The position numbers and the translations under genes were made by a program. A DNA stretch of 64,000 bases from contig CM052817.1 in the NCBI GenBank assembly GCA_028534125.1, positions 42,038,001-42,102,000 of the forward strand. Direction: 5' to 3'. The notes below the pieces were generated by a model that saw nothing but the letters and a program-made list of their open reading frames with translations, searched no databases and was not told the origin of the DNA. The stretch is from Lama glama. Taxonomy: Eukaryota. This document shows positions 1-13,298 of this stretch, one piece after another; the first letter of the stretch is position 1; every line of letters starts with the position of its first letter.

Positions 1-79
1 TACAGTCTAAACAGAAGTTCAGCCCTAAATGAAACCAACTTAGAAACTGGGCTGGAGGAGGAGCAGCAGAAAACCCAGC

Positions 80-585
80 TGTGATGATTATTTTCATGTG
101 TAAACTTGACTGGGTTAAGGGATACCCAGGTAACTGGTAAAACATTATTTCTAAATGGATTTATGAGAGCATGTCCAGGAGAGATTACCATTTAAGTGTG
201 TAGACTGAGTAAAGAAGATCACCCTCCCCAAAAAGCGTGGACATCATTCAATCCACTGAGAACCCAAACAGAACAAAAAGGTAGAGGGAAGATAAACTCT
301 CTCTGCTTGAGCTGGGGCATCCATCTTTTCCTGCCCTCGGACATCAGTGCTCCTGGTTCTCAGGCCTTTGGACATAGGCTGAATTATACCATTGGCTTTC
401 TTGGTTATCTAGCTTGTGGATGATGGAATATGGGACTTCTCAGCCTCCCTATTCACATGAATCAATTCCTATATAAATCTCTTCTATAGAAAAATAGATA
501 GGGATAGGTAGATACCTATATAAATATATAGATATAAATATATATCCTATTGGCTCTATTGCTCTACAGAAATCTGACTAATACA
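80..585 (+). mobile_element. Solo LTR, MLT2-like (ERVL)
   Basis: Starts TGTGATGATTATTTTCATGTGTAAACTTGACTGG and ends CTGACTAATACA (TG...CA). Flanked by a 5-bp TSD, ccagc/ccaac. Confidence 0.75.
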
Positions 586-1344
586 CCAACTCACATTGCT
601 GGGGAACTTTACAAATCATCAACTTAAACCCCATTGAGATGTCCAAGCCTTTCCAGTTAATTCACGAGAGGGGTAAGGTCAGGACACAGACTCACATCTG
701 CCGATCGCAGCACTTCCTCTTAGGAGCAGTACACCCGTGGGTCCCAGCCTTGGAGGACATACACAGAAATGGAATACTTAACAGAAGAAGAAATCTTCTT
801 TAGTCATTTTTGCATATTTGCACATAGTACATGTTTGATAAATATAATAAAATGCACAGCTTCTTAAAACTATAATAAAATGATTGCTTATGTATTAATC
901 TGCTTTATTTTTATTTGCTACTGAACTGTGTGATTTGAAACATACCATTGAAGAATGAATGTATATTTGACCTACAAAATGAACTAAACCATGAATCAAA
1001 CAATTGTCAATTCAATGTATTGCATCCAGCAATAAGGATATACCATTTAAAATTTCACTCTATACAGCATTGTCAATGGAAGACTTTGGACTTAAATTAT
1101 CTAAGCCATATCCTTACATCTTTTGCAAAGGCAAATATCACCACAGAAAGACAATTTACTTCAAAGATGATTAGATTAAAGTTGGTTGCTAATGTTTAAA
1201 AATAAGGTTTAATATCAGAAAATATAATATAGAAGCTTGCCTGGCACAGTAAAGAATACATTATGACTTATGCCTGAGGCTTCAATCTTTTGCTTCATCT
1301 ATAAAGTCAGGATACTTTTTTGTGCTGTATATATGTGTGAATAT

Positions 1345-2521
1345 ATTTGTTTCTATAATTCAATATATGCATTCCTAAAAAAATCACTGCAATATGCAAA
1401 ATTATGCAATAAAAAGAACAGGAGAAAATGAGGGAGTTAGAAATACAACACTCAAAACTTTATCAGTGACACATTAAAAAAGGATAGGAACCTAATAAAA
1501 ATAATAGCACAGTTTATACACATTAAATGGTTAAGAAATATGTAAATACTATAATAAATATGTCATTTTACCTTAAAAAAAGTCTTACGTTCACTTATAC
1601 TTAAGTTTCCAGTATACTCTGTGTAATACAAAAAGATCAGAAAGAGGGAGAGGAAACAAATGAATAATACTTTTATCATAAAAGAAAGATAAAGAAAAAA
1701 AACAGAGAACAGAGAGGAAAAAAACACCAAAAAGCCTGTGAGGAGAAAGTGGAGAATGAAAGGAGGGAGGGTGCTGGGCTGTGGGAAGGGGTGTGGCTTG
1801 TGAGTTACTGTCAAGTGGTTTGTACTCATCTGCCCAGGTTGCCATCACAAAAACCTACAGACTGGGTGGCTTAAACAACAAAAATTTATTCCCTCACAGT
1901 TCTGGAAGCTCGAAGTCCCAGACTGAGGTTCTAGCAGACTCAGTCTCTGGTAAGGGCTCTCCTCATGGCCATCAGACCACTGGCTTCTCTGTGTCCTCAC
2001 ATGGCCTTTTCCCTCTGTGTGCAAGCCTGTGCATTGTTGGTGGGGGCGGAGTGGGAGGGAGAAAGAGAGAGGGCTCTCTGCTGCCTCTTTCTCTTCTTAT
2101 AAGGACACCAGTTCTATCAGATTAGGAATCCCCCCTCTTATAAACTTGTTTAACCTTAATTATCTCCTTAAAGTCCTGATCTTCAAATACATGGGAGTTA
2201 GAAATTCAACATATGAATTTGGAGGCGGGGGACACTATTCAGTCCATAAAACGATTCAGGGAGGTGTTATCTAAATCAAGTGGAAAGTTGTAAAACCAGA
2301 TGTGGACAGATGTCGTTCATTGGTTTCATGAGGAGTGTGCAGTATATATTTATTGTGCACATGTATGTAGTTTGGTTCATCTGAAATGCATAGTATTTCT
2401 CACCAATGAAATTGCATATAAGCAAACACAAATCCACATTTTGTTCAAATTGTTCCTTTACATATCAGCTGAGTTGGAACTAATTAGCATTTTCAAAAGA
2501 AGCACTGTAACAAAAGTGACC
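1345..2521. mobile_element. Tigger-family non-autonomous DNA transposon (MER82-like), interrupted by an LTR
   Basis: Resembles the remembered MER82 consensus (acaacactcaaaactttatcagtgacacatt...; tggaaagttgtaaaaccagatgtgg...; gttggaactaattagcattttcaaaa) on both sides of the MLT1 LTR. Confidence 0.55.
1821..2250 (-). mobile_element. MaLR solo LTR, MLT1A/B-like
   Basis: Diagnostic actgggtggcttaaacaacaaaaatttattccctcacagttctggaagct ... ggacactattcagtccataa. Confidence 0.75.
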
Positions 2522-3680
2522 ATACTCATTCATTCAATCCATGAATAGTGGCTGCCTCTTATATTCCAGGCACAAGGCTCAGTGCCTGAGATTCTGCAAT
2601 GAATAAACCAGACAGGGTGGCTTCCCTCAAGGTGCTTACAGTCTAATCGGGGGAGACAGACTACTTACAGTTCCTTGGGGGAAATCAGTAGACACGGAAT
2701 CATGTAAGATACTTGGGAGAGTGTAAAGTGCTCTAAAGAATAATAAGGAGGGGATGAGATGGAGTAACTTGGGAAAGAGGCTTCAAACAGAGCCATCGGG
2801 GAAGGCATCTCGGAGGGGACAAAGCATGGCATTGCTGAAGACCTGGAGGAAAGGCATTTCAGGCCACTGTGGTTGGAGCAGAGGGAGGAGGTTGAAGGAG
2901 AGCAGATGTGATAGGAGAGTGAAAGAAGGGCTGGGTTCATTCTAGTGGGCTGGGGAGCTATTAAAGGTTCTGAGCAGGACAATGACAAGACAAGATTCAA
3001 ATTTTAAAAATCTTACTCTGACTTCTCTGACTTACTCTGACTTCTTATTGTGAGAAGAAGAGAGACCAGTTGGGAAGCCATAGCAACAGATGGAGTTGGA
3101 GACAAGGGTGGTCTGGACTAAGGTATGGAGTCGAGAGAGATGGTAGGATTCAGGATTTATTTTGAAGGTTTAGGGAAAAGGAGGGATGGGCGGATTGCAT
3201 GAGGGTTATGAGGGAAAGAGGAGGCACAAGAATGATTCTGAGATTTTTGGCTCAAGTCACTGAATATGTCATCATGCTGTTTATTAAACTGTGGAAGTCT
3301 GGAAGCTTAACCGGTTTGGGAACAAGAGTTGAGTTTTGGACATGCTAGGGTTGAAATTCCTGTTAGACATCCAAGTAGCAATGTAGAGTAGGCAGTTGAT
3401 TGTGTGAACCTGGAGCTCTGGGAGAGGTTGAGGCTGGAGATTTTAATTTGGGAGTCAGCAGCATACAGATGGTATTTAAAGCAGAGGTGAGATCACACGG
3501 TGGGGAGCTTTGAGAGGGAGTAGAAAAGAGCCAAAAACTGAGCCCTGGGATCCTGGGAAGTTTAGAGGTCAGATGGAAGAGAAAGGAGTAGGCACTGAGC
3601 TAGCAGAAAGACAGGAGCAAGTGGCACTTGGGAAAATAACTAAAAAATGTGTTTCATGAAGGAGGGAGTGATCATCTTTT
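2522..3680 (-). mobile_element. L2 LINE 3' remnant
   Basis: cattcattcaa tail, ccaggcac... and later tgagttttggacatg...gttagacatccaagt...gcagttg, typical of L2. Confidence 0.7.
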
Positions 3681-4138
3681 TTTAAAGAGAGCTTCAGAAA
3701 TGTTGGTAAGTCACCAATTGACTACATTCCTTGTATAACTTTAAGAAAACAGAGTCCATGTGTTTCTGTATAACACGTACAAATGCACAGACCAACAGAT
3801 AACATCTTGAGGGAAGAGTTGATGCCTCAAGATCACATTTTGGATAAATAATATTTTAAGGTTTGTATAGCTGCCAAAACTTCTGAATTTGGCGTTGCTT
3901 ATGAGTATAAAGTTCTTTCTACCCAGGAGAATGTGGTATGTCCCCCCAAACGTAGAAAGAGAAACTTCTAGATATTCTTGTTCCACTCTGAGTTTTCCTT
4001 TGCACTGCAAGCTACTCCTTGGTTTTTACTGACCATAATAACTTTTCCTAGAGAATGGATTTCCTGGAAACAACCTGTGGCTGAAAGCAGCACACAGAAG
4101 GTTTGTTGGGGAGTGCTCTTGAGAGCAACATCTATAAG

Positions 4139-4653
4139 TATGGTTACCAAATTTAGTAAATAAAAAGACAGGCTGCCCAATCTAAAAAAATATATATACA
4201 AATTTTGTTTACAAACCGGAAATAGACTCACAGACATAGAAAACAAACTGTGCTTACCAGGGGGGAAAGGGCAGCGGTGGGTGGGGCTAGGGGTGAATAG
4301 ATTAGGAGTTTGGGATTAAGATATATACATTATTATGTATAAAATAGATAAACAACAAGAACCTACTGTATAGTACAGGAAACTATATTCAGTTTCTTGT
4401 AATGATCTGTAATGGACAAGAATCTGAAATAAATAGATATGTAGGTAGGTATATGAATAACTGACTCACTTTGAATATAGCTGAAACTAACATTGTAAAT
4501 CGACTACACTTCAAAAATAATGATAATAATAATAATAATTTTTTAAAAAAAACAGCCCAAGCAATATTTGAATATACTAATACTAAAACATTACTTGTTT
4601 TATATCTGGAATTTAAATTTAACTGAAAGTGTTGTATTTTATCTCCATCCTTA
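4139..4653. mobile_element. MER53-like hAT MITE, split by an L1 fragment
   Basis: Left end tatggttaccaaatttagtaaataaaaagacaggctgccc; right end tatctggaatttaaatttaactg...tgtatttttatctccatcctta. Decayed 8-bp TSD tctataag (4131-4138) / cctgtaag (4654-4661). Confidence 0.6.
4195..4552 (+). mobile_element. 5'-truncated L1 3' UTR fragment
   Basis: gactcacagacatagaaaacaaact...aaaatagataaacaacaag...tgaaactaacattgtaaatcgactacacttcaa plus A-rich tail. Homologous copies occur elsewhere in the window. Confidence 0.8.
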
Positions 4654-7600
4654 CCTGTAAGGAAATGTAGAAGGCAGGGTAGAGGGAGGTGACACTCTAC
4701 ATGGTTACAACAGGGACCTCAGCTGATCCCGGGGCACTTTGAAGCTAGCACAGTCCTCCATTTTTCTTGCAAACTGTGGCAAGTGGGCTGGGCCATTGAA
4801 TCTCTGAATCAGCCAGTCACAGGCCTCGCGGTGCCCCTGGGCATGAGTGTACCCTTGGCCACAGCCTTGAGCAGCTGAGTTTCCAGCCGCAGGGGAATAA
4901 GTATCACGGCACCAAAGAGGGAATCTGCGTCCAGCACCACAGCATCCAAGGCCAAGTGCCAGCACTTCACTTCCTTTTAGGTGTTTTAGTTATATATCTA
5001 ATAAGGTGAGGTAGCTAAATATGTTCTGAAAACCAAAAGTGCAGATTGAAACTAAAAAGTGCTGGTCAAATGTGAGGTGGTAGTAGTCATTAGAGTAGTC
5101 AAGTTTTAATGCTAATGTTTTTGCCTGCTTGCCCCCGTCCCTCCACCATAGCATGGCTGGGGCTTATTGGTTAAACTGTCCACCTTCCCTTCCCTTCTAG
5201 ACTATAAGCTTCTTGAGGGAAGAAACCACGTCTGATCTATCTCCTTGTAAACGATACTTAGTCCTGTAGTAGGCATACAATAGGTACTCAACCAACTTCT
5301 GTGAAAAACAAAGAAGCGGGAGTTAAGTAAGCCATCCAAATGATAGTTTAAGTCAGCCGGACCCACCCTCCATTAGGGTGGGGGGAAGCTGATTTCAGGC
5401 TCGAAAGTCAATGTGAGATTTCATTTTCATTTCCCCTCTTATTTTCTTCAAGGATACAAAACTGGCTCTACCCTCTCTGGCCTTTGAGTCTCTTTATTAG
5501 ACAATGAGAACCTTGACCAAATCCTGAATCATTCACTTTTTAAATATTCACTTAGTGCATGACTGTTTCGACACATGGCACATGACAAGTTTCAAAGAGT
5601 TAAGGATACGAGAACCCTTTCCCATTTGGGTGCCTGCCTTTGGGAAATTTTGAGAGTTTCCTTCCTCAACGGAAGATGGCATTCTACATCCCCTCAACAA
5701 TGAGTTGTAGGAGAAGTCTCTACTTCTCTCTACAACCTCACCTCTTATGAATGCTTCCTTCTATTAACCCTTGAGTGAGTCACGCTGATGCAGGCTGATA
5801 ACCCTCTGGTGGACATGCTTCTCCCAGAATAAGTGTTGACATGAAGAAGTCTCCAGATCCCCTACAGCCAGACCAGTGATCCGAAATTTTAACCACATTG
5901 GATCCTGCCTGCACATCCTGCCTCTGGCTCCACACCCACCTTTCCGCCCACAGCGTGAAGCTGTGACCGACCGCAGAGGCAGACACTTGCAGGGTGGTCC
6001 TCTGATAACACCCTGGGGGCGAGAGACATGAAATATTTATTGACTGCAGGCCAACGTTACAGGAACGCTGGCTGAAAGCACTGCAAGGGTGCCTCTGTAA
6101 CACTCAAGGTAGACACGACAACATTTGCCAGCCCCCTCAAATGTCCTGGGGGAGGTTCGTTTGCGCTAAGCCTAGCAGCCCCCAAAGCAGCAGTTGTTCT
6201 CAAAGGGAGTCTGATACAATCCTTTGTTTAAGACCAAAAGTGGGACGTAGAGTTTTTTTTCAAGTGCTAAATTGTTAATTTCCCAGATTCCCGAAAACAG
6301 GTTGAAAAGAGCTGAAAGGTTAGGCAAGATTCAGGGCTGCATTCAATTTTTGATTTTTTAACCTACACACTTGTTTCTATCCTGTAGACACCTTCATCAT
6401 GGAAAATAAATCAGACTCTGGGAGGAAGAGAAACACCAGTTTCTCCCATTTTTAAGCAATACTGAAATTAGATATCCATTGATCTCCTATCCTAGCTGTC
6501 AGTTCAACGTTACAACAAATAGAATTGGAGATCTCCCTAGAAAAGCGTACATCCCATTTTCACATGCTCTATTGGGCTCCTAATTATTTTTCAATGAGTA
6601 TAGGGTAATCTTGCATCTTTGTCAATAACCAATGGAAAACATGCTAAAAATTTCCAAAGGGAGTGCCAAAGGAATGTGTGAAGTTCTTTCAAAGCTATAA
6701 TGTAACCCACAGCTTAAGCTTTTGGGTCTACTGTGATAAGTAGTAACCTAACATATTAAATTCCTTTGGCAAGAATAACTGTCATTTTTGAATGACACTA
6801 ACTGTGAACTGGATGGAACACTCAAAAGAATTAATCCACTGCCCTGATAATATAAGCAAGAGTGTAAGTTTCCCCTGAAACAGGTGCTATGTTTAGTTCT
6901 ATCTCCAAAACCGCAGCACAGTGCCAGTATCTTTTAAGGAGTTAAATAACCATTGAATTTTCATTAGAAATTTATTAGTGATTTCTGCCATAAATGATTA
7001 GCAACCAAGAAATCATTATTCCCTTAGTCTGAGTAAGTTCCTTTGGACTTTGCTGGACCGAGTTAATTTCTCATCATTAAACATTAAACTCACTTGACTA
7101 GCAGAGAGATCTTGTGGTTTGTGCTCTGCACCAGCACACTGGGCTATGTCTTTTTCTCATTTGATCTCTTGCTCTCCAGACTGTAAAAGCTGAGAATCTC
7201 AGGCAACCTGATTTCTAAGGTGAAAACAAACTCTCACTCAGAACCAACCCAGTTTTATTTCTGAGTGATATAACAAACGGGGCAACATAAATGGGCATGG
7301 ATTTCCCTCCTAAGCGTTATTTACAGGAACTGCAGGTCTCAGGGGAGATTTAGCGTAGTCATTGCCGTGACTGTTGGTCTTTCATTACCTAAACAGAAAA
7401 CTTGTTTTCACCCCTTTGTAATGCACCTTGTATGCACAAAAAAAAAAAAAGAGAGAGAGAGAGAATAGGCAAGGAACATACAACTTTTTGCTGCTTTTTG
7501 CTTCTAGATTTTAAACTCTTTCTGCCCTGTTAGGATGGTGGTTGTGTGGGAGGTTTGTGTTTCGTCTTCCAATACATTTAATACTCCAGTATAGTTACAC

Positions 7601-9099
7601 TTGATCTCAGGGGCACTTTATGGAGAAGAATGCAGCACAACTAGCAAACTTTAAAAAATGTAAAGCTGTAACCTGTGTCAAAGCATGGAAACAAGTTATG
7701 GAATGCACGCATCCCACAAAGAGAGCCTGGTGGTGAAACGAAGCAGGGTTGTTGAAGCAGAGCCGTAATTGTACCCCAGAGAATAAAAGACACTGTGTTG
7801 CCTCCTCAGCAGAAATTCACCTCCCTGGATGAAAATCTGATAAATCTTCCAGTTTCCCACAGAGGGAACGACAGAGAATTTAATGAGAAACACATTGGCA
7901 CCGGACCTGTCACTGTGTGATTATGCATTCTGTAATCTCTCTGTAAGGGACAGAAAAACACGGTCTTCTTGGAGAGTGTTTATCTGAGAAAAGGGGGAAA
8001 AAGCACATCTAGAAACAAATTACCGAAAAGTAATGTCTTCACGCTCCCACTGATACCTACTGACGTCCCACCGGACTGCTTGTTTGGCCTGCAAATAGCA
8101 AAGTCACCGGGATTTGCACAGTAACCTATTTCTATGATTGCCAATTAAATTGAAGTTTCATACGATGACTGATTTATTGATACTTAAATGCAGCTTGCAA
8201 GGGCCTGATAGTTTTAGTCTGGACTTGGGATCTGTGTTTGAGAAGTCCAAGGACAGTGAGTGCCACAGCCAGAGTTCTTACTCTTGTTGCTGGAGCCATT
8301 TCACATCTTGCATGAAATTATTTTTTTTCCACATGAAATTCTCTTAACCATCACCATCATCTTCATCAAATAAATCTTATCCAGCACTTATATCCATCCT
8401 ATAAGCATTTCTGAGCACTTGACATATTCCAGGAACCTACGAATATAATTATATAGGCAGTACTTTGAATAAGTAGAATGTCCAATAGCCTCCACAAAGT
8501 GTTTAAGTCAAAGGAACACATTATTCAAAATTGCTATCAGCTAAGAGCATTTCTTAAGTTCCTTCTATTAGGCTGCACTTGCATTGGACAACGTGCAAGG
8601 AAAGAGCAGCTATATTCCCTGCAGAAGTTCAAAATCTGAGAATACGCTGATGTTAACCTCAAGGAACATACTGAATAAGTATCAAGCCAATAAAAACGTA
8701 TTTCACCAGCTGAGTGCCTTGAGCTCGCCAGCAGGATCTCAGAAAATACTGACACAGTGGAATAGTAAGGGAATGGTGATGGAAAGTTATGTCATGAGCT
8801 ATACATATTTGAAGGAGTGGTATCAACAAGATTACTCATATTTCTTCATGAATTTCTAGAAGGCTTCATGGAGAAAGTGGGATTTTAGTCAAAACAGAGT
8901 TGTTAAAAAATTACATGTTTAATTAAGTTCTTAGAACTATTTATTATCAACAATGATACTACCCTGACCAATCCTATCTGGGTTAATTCAGATTTGCAAA
9001 GTCCCTTATGCAAAGATAAGCCCAGAATTGGTCCCCGTCTTTTAAATCTCTTCATCTAATCTCACAGATCATTTTTTTCTTAATCTAAGACAAGTCTTT

Positions 9100-12000
9100 T
9101 AAAAAATATCTGTTTATTACTGTTTTGACAATTTTTTTCATGTGGTTGTCTAGTTTCATCTGGATATAGATTTTTAGTTTTACCTGAAGAGGAACCATGC
9201 CCTCTTTTTGGTACTTCTACATTTGAAGATTCATGCAATTATTGATGATGAAGCTGGAAATAATGTCAGAGATCATATAGCGGAACGAAGCCCATAGAGT
9301 GACTTGTGATAATTATACGGCAGTCAGGACAAAAGACAATTTAGTAAAATAAAAAGTATGTAAGACTTCTTGATTCTAACCTAGTATTTTTATGACATAA
9401 AATCATTTAAATAGCAATGGATGAATTGTAGTTTAATTTTCTGATGGTATGTGTGGACACTGTATGTGATTCTTAGGTATAAAAATGCCTCCCCTGACTC
9501 AGGCCGAGTTCTCGTTCTTTCTCTCCCAGGAAGTGAGATTGAGGAAGTAACACTTTTCTTGGACAATGCCTAATCATAGGATAATCTTATTTCAAAAACT
9601 AACTATTAAAATTAAACTGACTTCTAAAAGAAAAATAAAGGAGTCATGTTCATTTACCCAAAAACTTCTTTCAAAATTTGTAAAAAGATGGTTGGCTTAA
9701 AAATAGATTTTACATGATCAAAATTTAGATGTAGCAATGAAATAAATCTTAACGAAGGTATAGAATTCCTTGGACAAGTTATTTTTGTTTGCTTCCCATC
9801 ACAGCAATGTCTACAATACTGTTTCTTCTTTTAAAAATTAACTGTACAAGAAATTTTCTGCAGCTGTAAAAAATGGTGCCAGAATTCAAGTTTACAGGTA
9901 GTGCAATATTCTCATTTCCTTATTGAAAATGTCAGAAGTCATGGCTTAGTCCTCTCTCTTTTGGAAGGGTAAAAATGTTCAGTTTCTTACTTCAACATCA
10001 ACTTTATAGAAAATTTGTCTACCAGATTTATACTGTTTTATTTTCAGGTACAAGAAATAAAAGCATCTAAGAAGATATAATTGTTAAATTTGGAAATTTT
10101 GTCAGTGTCCTTTATAACTGTCACACAATTTTGAACAGCTGAGTCACCATAACTCAACTAAAAGAACTAAGTTAATTTATATATACCCACATTCTCAAAT
10201 TAGTTTCTTTAGAAGGAGGTGATGGTATATTTTGTGAAATAGAAACCACAGTGTTATCACATCTTATTGAAAACCTCTATCTCTGCTGATGTTCCAAATA
10301 AAGAATATCTTAAATTAAATTAAACATAATATAATTAATAAAACTGAAATGTTAGTCTGAAGGTGTTTGTCATCCCTCTTCTAGGCAAATGAGGTTCCTA
10401 AATTGTAAGGTAAAATTCGTTGACATTTTTAGGTGAACACAATCACAATTAAATAACTTTATTTAATGTCAGATAAATCTAATCACTTAAAAAATCACCA
10501 AAAACTACATAAGCAAAGATCTCCTTAAAAAGTGCTAAATATTAGTGAGGATTATATTTATACAGGTTTCTTCTACATGAGATTTTCCAATTAATTAATT
10601 TAGGTAACTATGCTTTGGTGAGCTTTACTTAAATGTAATTGTGTATGGCCAGTAAACTAAAGATAAGTGTAATTTAAAGTTGTTTTATTTTTTAATTTTA
10701 GCTTGGCTTTAAATTTTGAAATTAATGAGTCCTGATTAGCATAATGTATATTTGGTAGCTATTCTACTTTAACCTTCATATGCTAATCAAATCAAAGAGT
10801 ACAGATAAGGTGTTATTTTTTAGTTTAACATAAACTACCAGCAACATTTGCCTAATACAATATATGCATTAATTTAATTTGCTGTTAATCATCATTAATA
10901 TCATCTTTCTCTTGCCCATTTAGGAACACATGTCTACCGTTCTCCTGTCCTGCAATTTTATTTTTCAGATGTACTAAGAACTTGATACACAGTGCGTAAT
11001 TCTTAACACTATATTAGAATAAACTAGAGGATTATTTTTAGCTTTATACCATGTATATAAGGTGATATGCCAATTGGATAAGAATTGGACATACCTTGGT
11101 TTGCAAAATTTCATTGTTTCATTTAATCCAGGAGGTTTTTAATGTATAAATTAATTACGACTTTTGTAGCATTTTATTTTGTTCTTTAAAAATCATGCGT
11201 TAAATCCAAATGTTTAACCAGATTATTAGTTTTACAATAAGACACAGAGTATGTGTGTGATGTTTTAGTTGACGGATGGATTTTATATATTATATATAAT
11301 ATATGTGTGTATAATTTGTTTCCATTAAAACAAAGCTATCTGCCTAAGTGGTAGTAACTTCGATTTTGTTGAGTTTCCACGTTGCGTTTGTGCACCAAAA
11401 TAAACCATACTTTGTTCAAAAAATAAGTTTAGCAAATTCCTTATAAGAAATACGCTTAAATGCAAACAACAAACTTTCTGTGAACTCTTTTGCTCTTCCT
11501 ATGAGACATTCTTTTAAACATTAGCTCTACCTTTCCTATTGCCTCATTTCTGAAGATAAATACTTATATTTCATAGAACTCCATAAAAATGACCACCCAA
11601 GAAAGTAAATTGTGTAAATTCTCTTAAATTAAATTGTCTGTGATTTATGCCCAACATTCAGTATTTGGGTTGATAGTTAAGTGCCATTTTCAATGCATCA
11701 AATTCCCAAATTAAGTTTCCCGTATCACATGGCCAACTTTTTAAAAACATACATCAGAAAGTTTCCTTACAAATGGGGCAGATCTATTCACTGGGATGGT
11801 TACGTTTAGGATAGGAAACTCAAAGGGTGTTTGACTGAGTAATAGGAGTACTTTGACAATGGGACTTGACGTGGAAAACTTATTCCACTAAGTGGGTTGC
11901 TCCCTGTGGATCTATACAGTGGGGAGAGCAGAGGGTCATGGAAGAGGTATTTTAAGCACTCTGGTTTCATAGTGTATGCTTGAGGGACAGAATAAAATGT

Positions 12001-12950
12001 ATTCATCCAGCTGTTAAAGAATGAGGGCAGGGGTAGATAAAAGGACAAGTAAAGGCGAGGCGGAATTAGTACCAGTAAATGCTGTGAACTCAGTGTGCTT
12101 GTACCTCTAATCCTTTCCTTATCTACAGCTTTTAATTCTACCAAAAAGAGTCCTTATATTTTTTCCTTACTTCTAACTCATTAATGTCCAAGCACCAAAG
12201 AGATAGAATTCCATATACGATCATGAATTTACACACATACACACACACACACACACAAAACCAGGCTGAGCCTTTGGTGCTATTGAAGAGAATTTAAACA
12301 TTTTAAGATGTAAAACTAAACTTACATGATCTGAGGTATGGTAAAAATAATAATAATAATAAAAATTAAAAGTGCAATGAATAAGAAAAATGAAAGGGAA
12401 ATCCACTTGTTACAAATGGGCTATAAACATATTTATAATTCATAAACTGTATTCAAATGGTTGTTTTATGTCTTATTAATTAAAATAATAAAAGTAAGAA
12501 AATATGCTCAATGCAGAGGTATGTTTTTTTAAAAAAACAAAAAACAAAAGTTAATAAAATATTTTTATCTGCATCAAAATATTCTTTGGAAACCAAAAAT
12601 AAAAAATGTACCATGTATGTTTTTTCAGGTTGATCTGTAAAAGTCAGAAAAGTACATAGTTCCCATCATTCAACTTTCTGGAACCAGAGTACCAGGATGC
12701 GTCAAGCATAAAGCAAAAGGCTTTATGTGGCACTGAACTGAAGCAGTGCGCTCTTCATGTTGGTACAAAGAATTCCAGTTCAGTTCCTATCAGAAAACGT
12801 TTTTGTTTCAGTCAGACTGAAACAAATGACCTGGCTTCGATGCAGTGTAGTAGAGCTGAAGCTGTGTCCGAAACTCTGTCTTCAGGGCACTAAAAACACC
12901 TAGGGAAACTCTTGAGGGGACGGCGCGGTTCCTCACGGCCAAGATGATAA
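9100..12950 (-). other. FGF5: Probable long AU-rich FGF5 3' UTR (distal end uncertain)
   Basis: AT-rich sequence with few recognisable repeats follows the stop codon. Minus-strand AATAAA at 9113-9118 (also 8940-8945 and more proximal copies). Mammalian FGF5 mRNAs are known to have multi-kb 3' UTRs. Confidence 0.45.
12231..12257. repeat. (CA)n microsatellite, reading (UG)n in the probable FGF5 3' UTR
   Basis: acacacatacacacacacacacacaca. Confidence 0.9.
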
Positions 12951-13298
12951 TTATCCAAAGCGAAACTTGAGTCTGTACTTCACCGTGCTGGGGCTTCTCC
13001 GAGATGTGGAAAGGGGGACCTTTGGCTTGATGGGGTTAGGTGGTTTTTTCTTTTCAGGAACAGTAACTGTGAAAGAAAGTTCCGGCTGCTCCGATTGCTT
13101 AAATCTTGGCAGAAAGTGAGTGGAGACGTGCTGGGGTTTAACCCGGGGGCTGCAGCCCCGTTTAGCTTTCCCCCTCTTGTTCAGGGCCACGTACCACTCC
13201 CGCCCCGTGTTCTCAGTTCTGTGTATCACTGAGGCATAGGTGTTATAGCTGTTCTCTTGAAATCGCTCCCTGAACTTGCAGTCATCTGTAAATCTGGC
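12951..13298 (-). CDS. FGF5: FGF5 coding exon 3 (C-terminal FGF core to stop)
   Basis: Acceptor ttttttccctag|GCCAGA. Translates to [66 protein letters not shown]...[10 protein letters not shown], with TAA at 12951-12953. 361+104+348=813 nt = 270 aa plus stop. Confidence 0.98.
   Translation of the reverse strand, partial: ARFTDDCKFRERFQENSYNTYASVIHRTENTGREWYVALNKRGKAKRGCSPRVKPQHVSTHFLPRFKQSEQPELSFTVTVPEKKKPPNPIKPKVPLSTSRRSPSTVKYRLKFRFG

Larger units (their letters stand above)
4050..4960. mobile_element. LTR33-like ERVL LTR interrupted by MER53-like and L1 insertions
   Basis: gggagtgctcttgagagcaaca|...|cctgtaagga...acaacagggacctcagctgatccc resembles LTR33 and is continuous once 4139-4661 is removed. 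Confidence 0.5.

Noticed and set aside
3012..3046. ctctgactt repeated three times
   Set aside because: Slippage duplication inside an L2 remnant.
5776..5782. Isolated AP-1 heptamers (TGAGTCA here and at several other sites)
   Set aside because: Roughly the number expected by chance in 64 kb, and not clustered.
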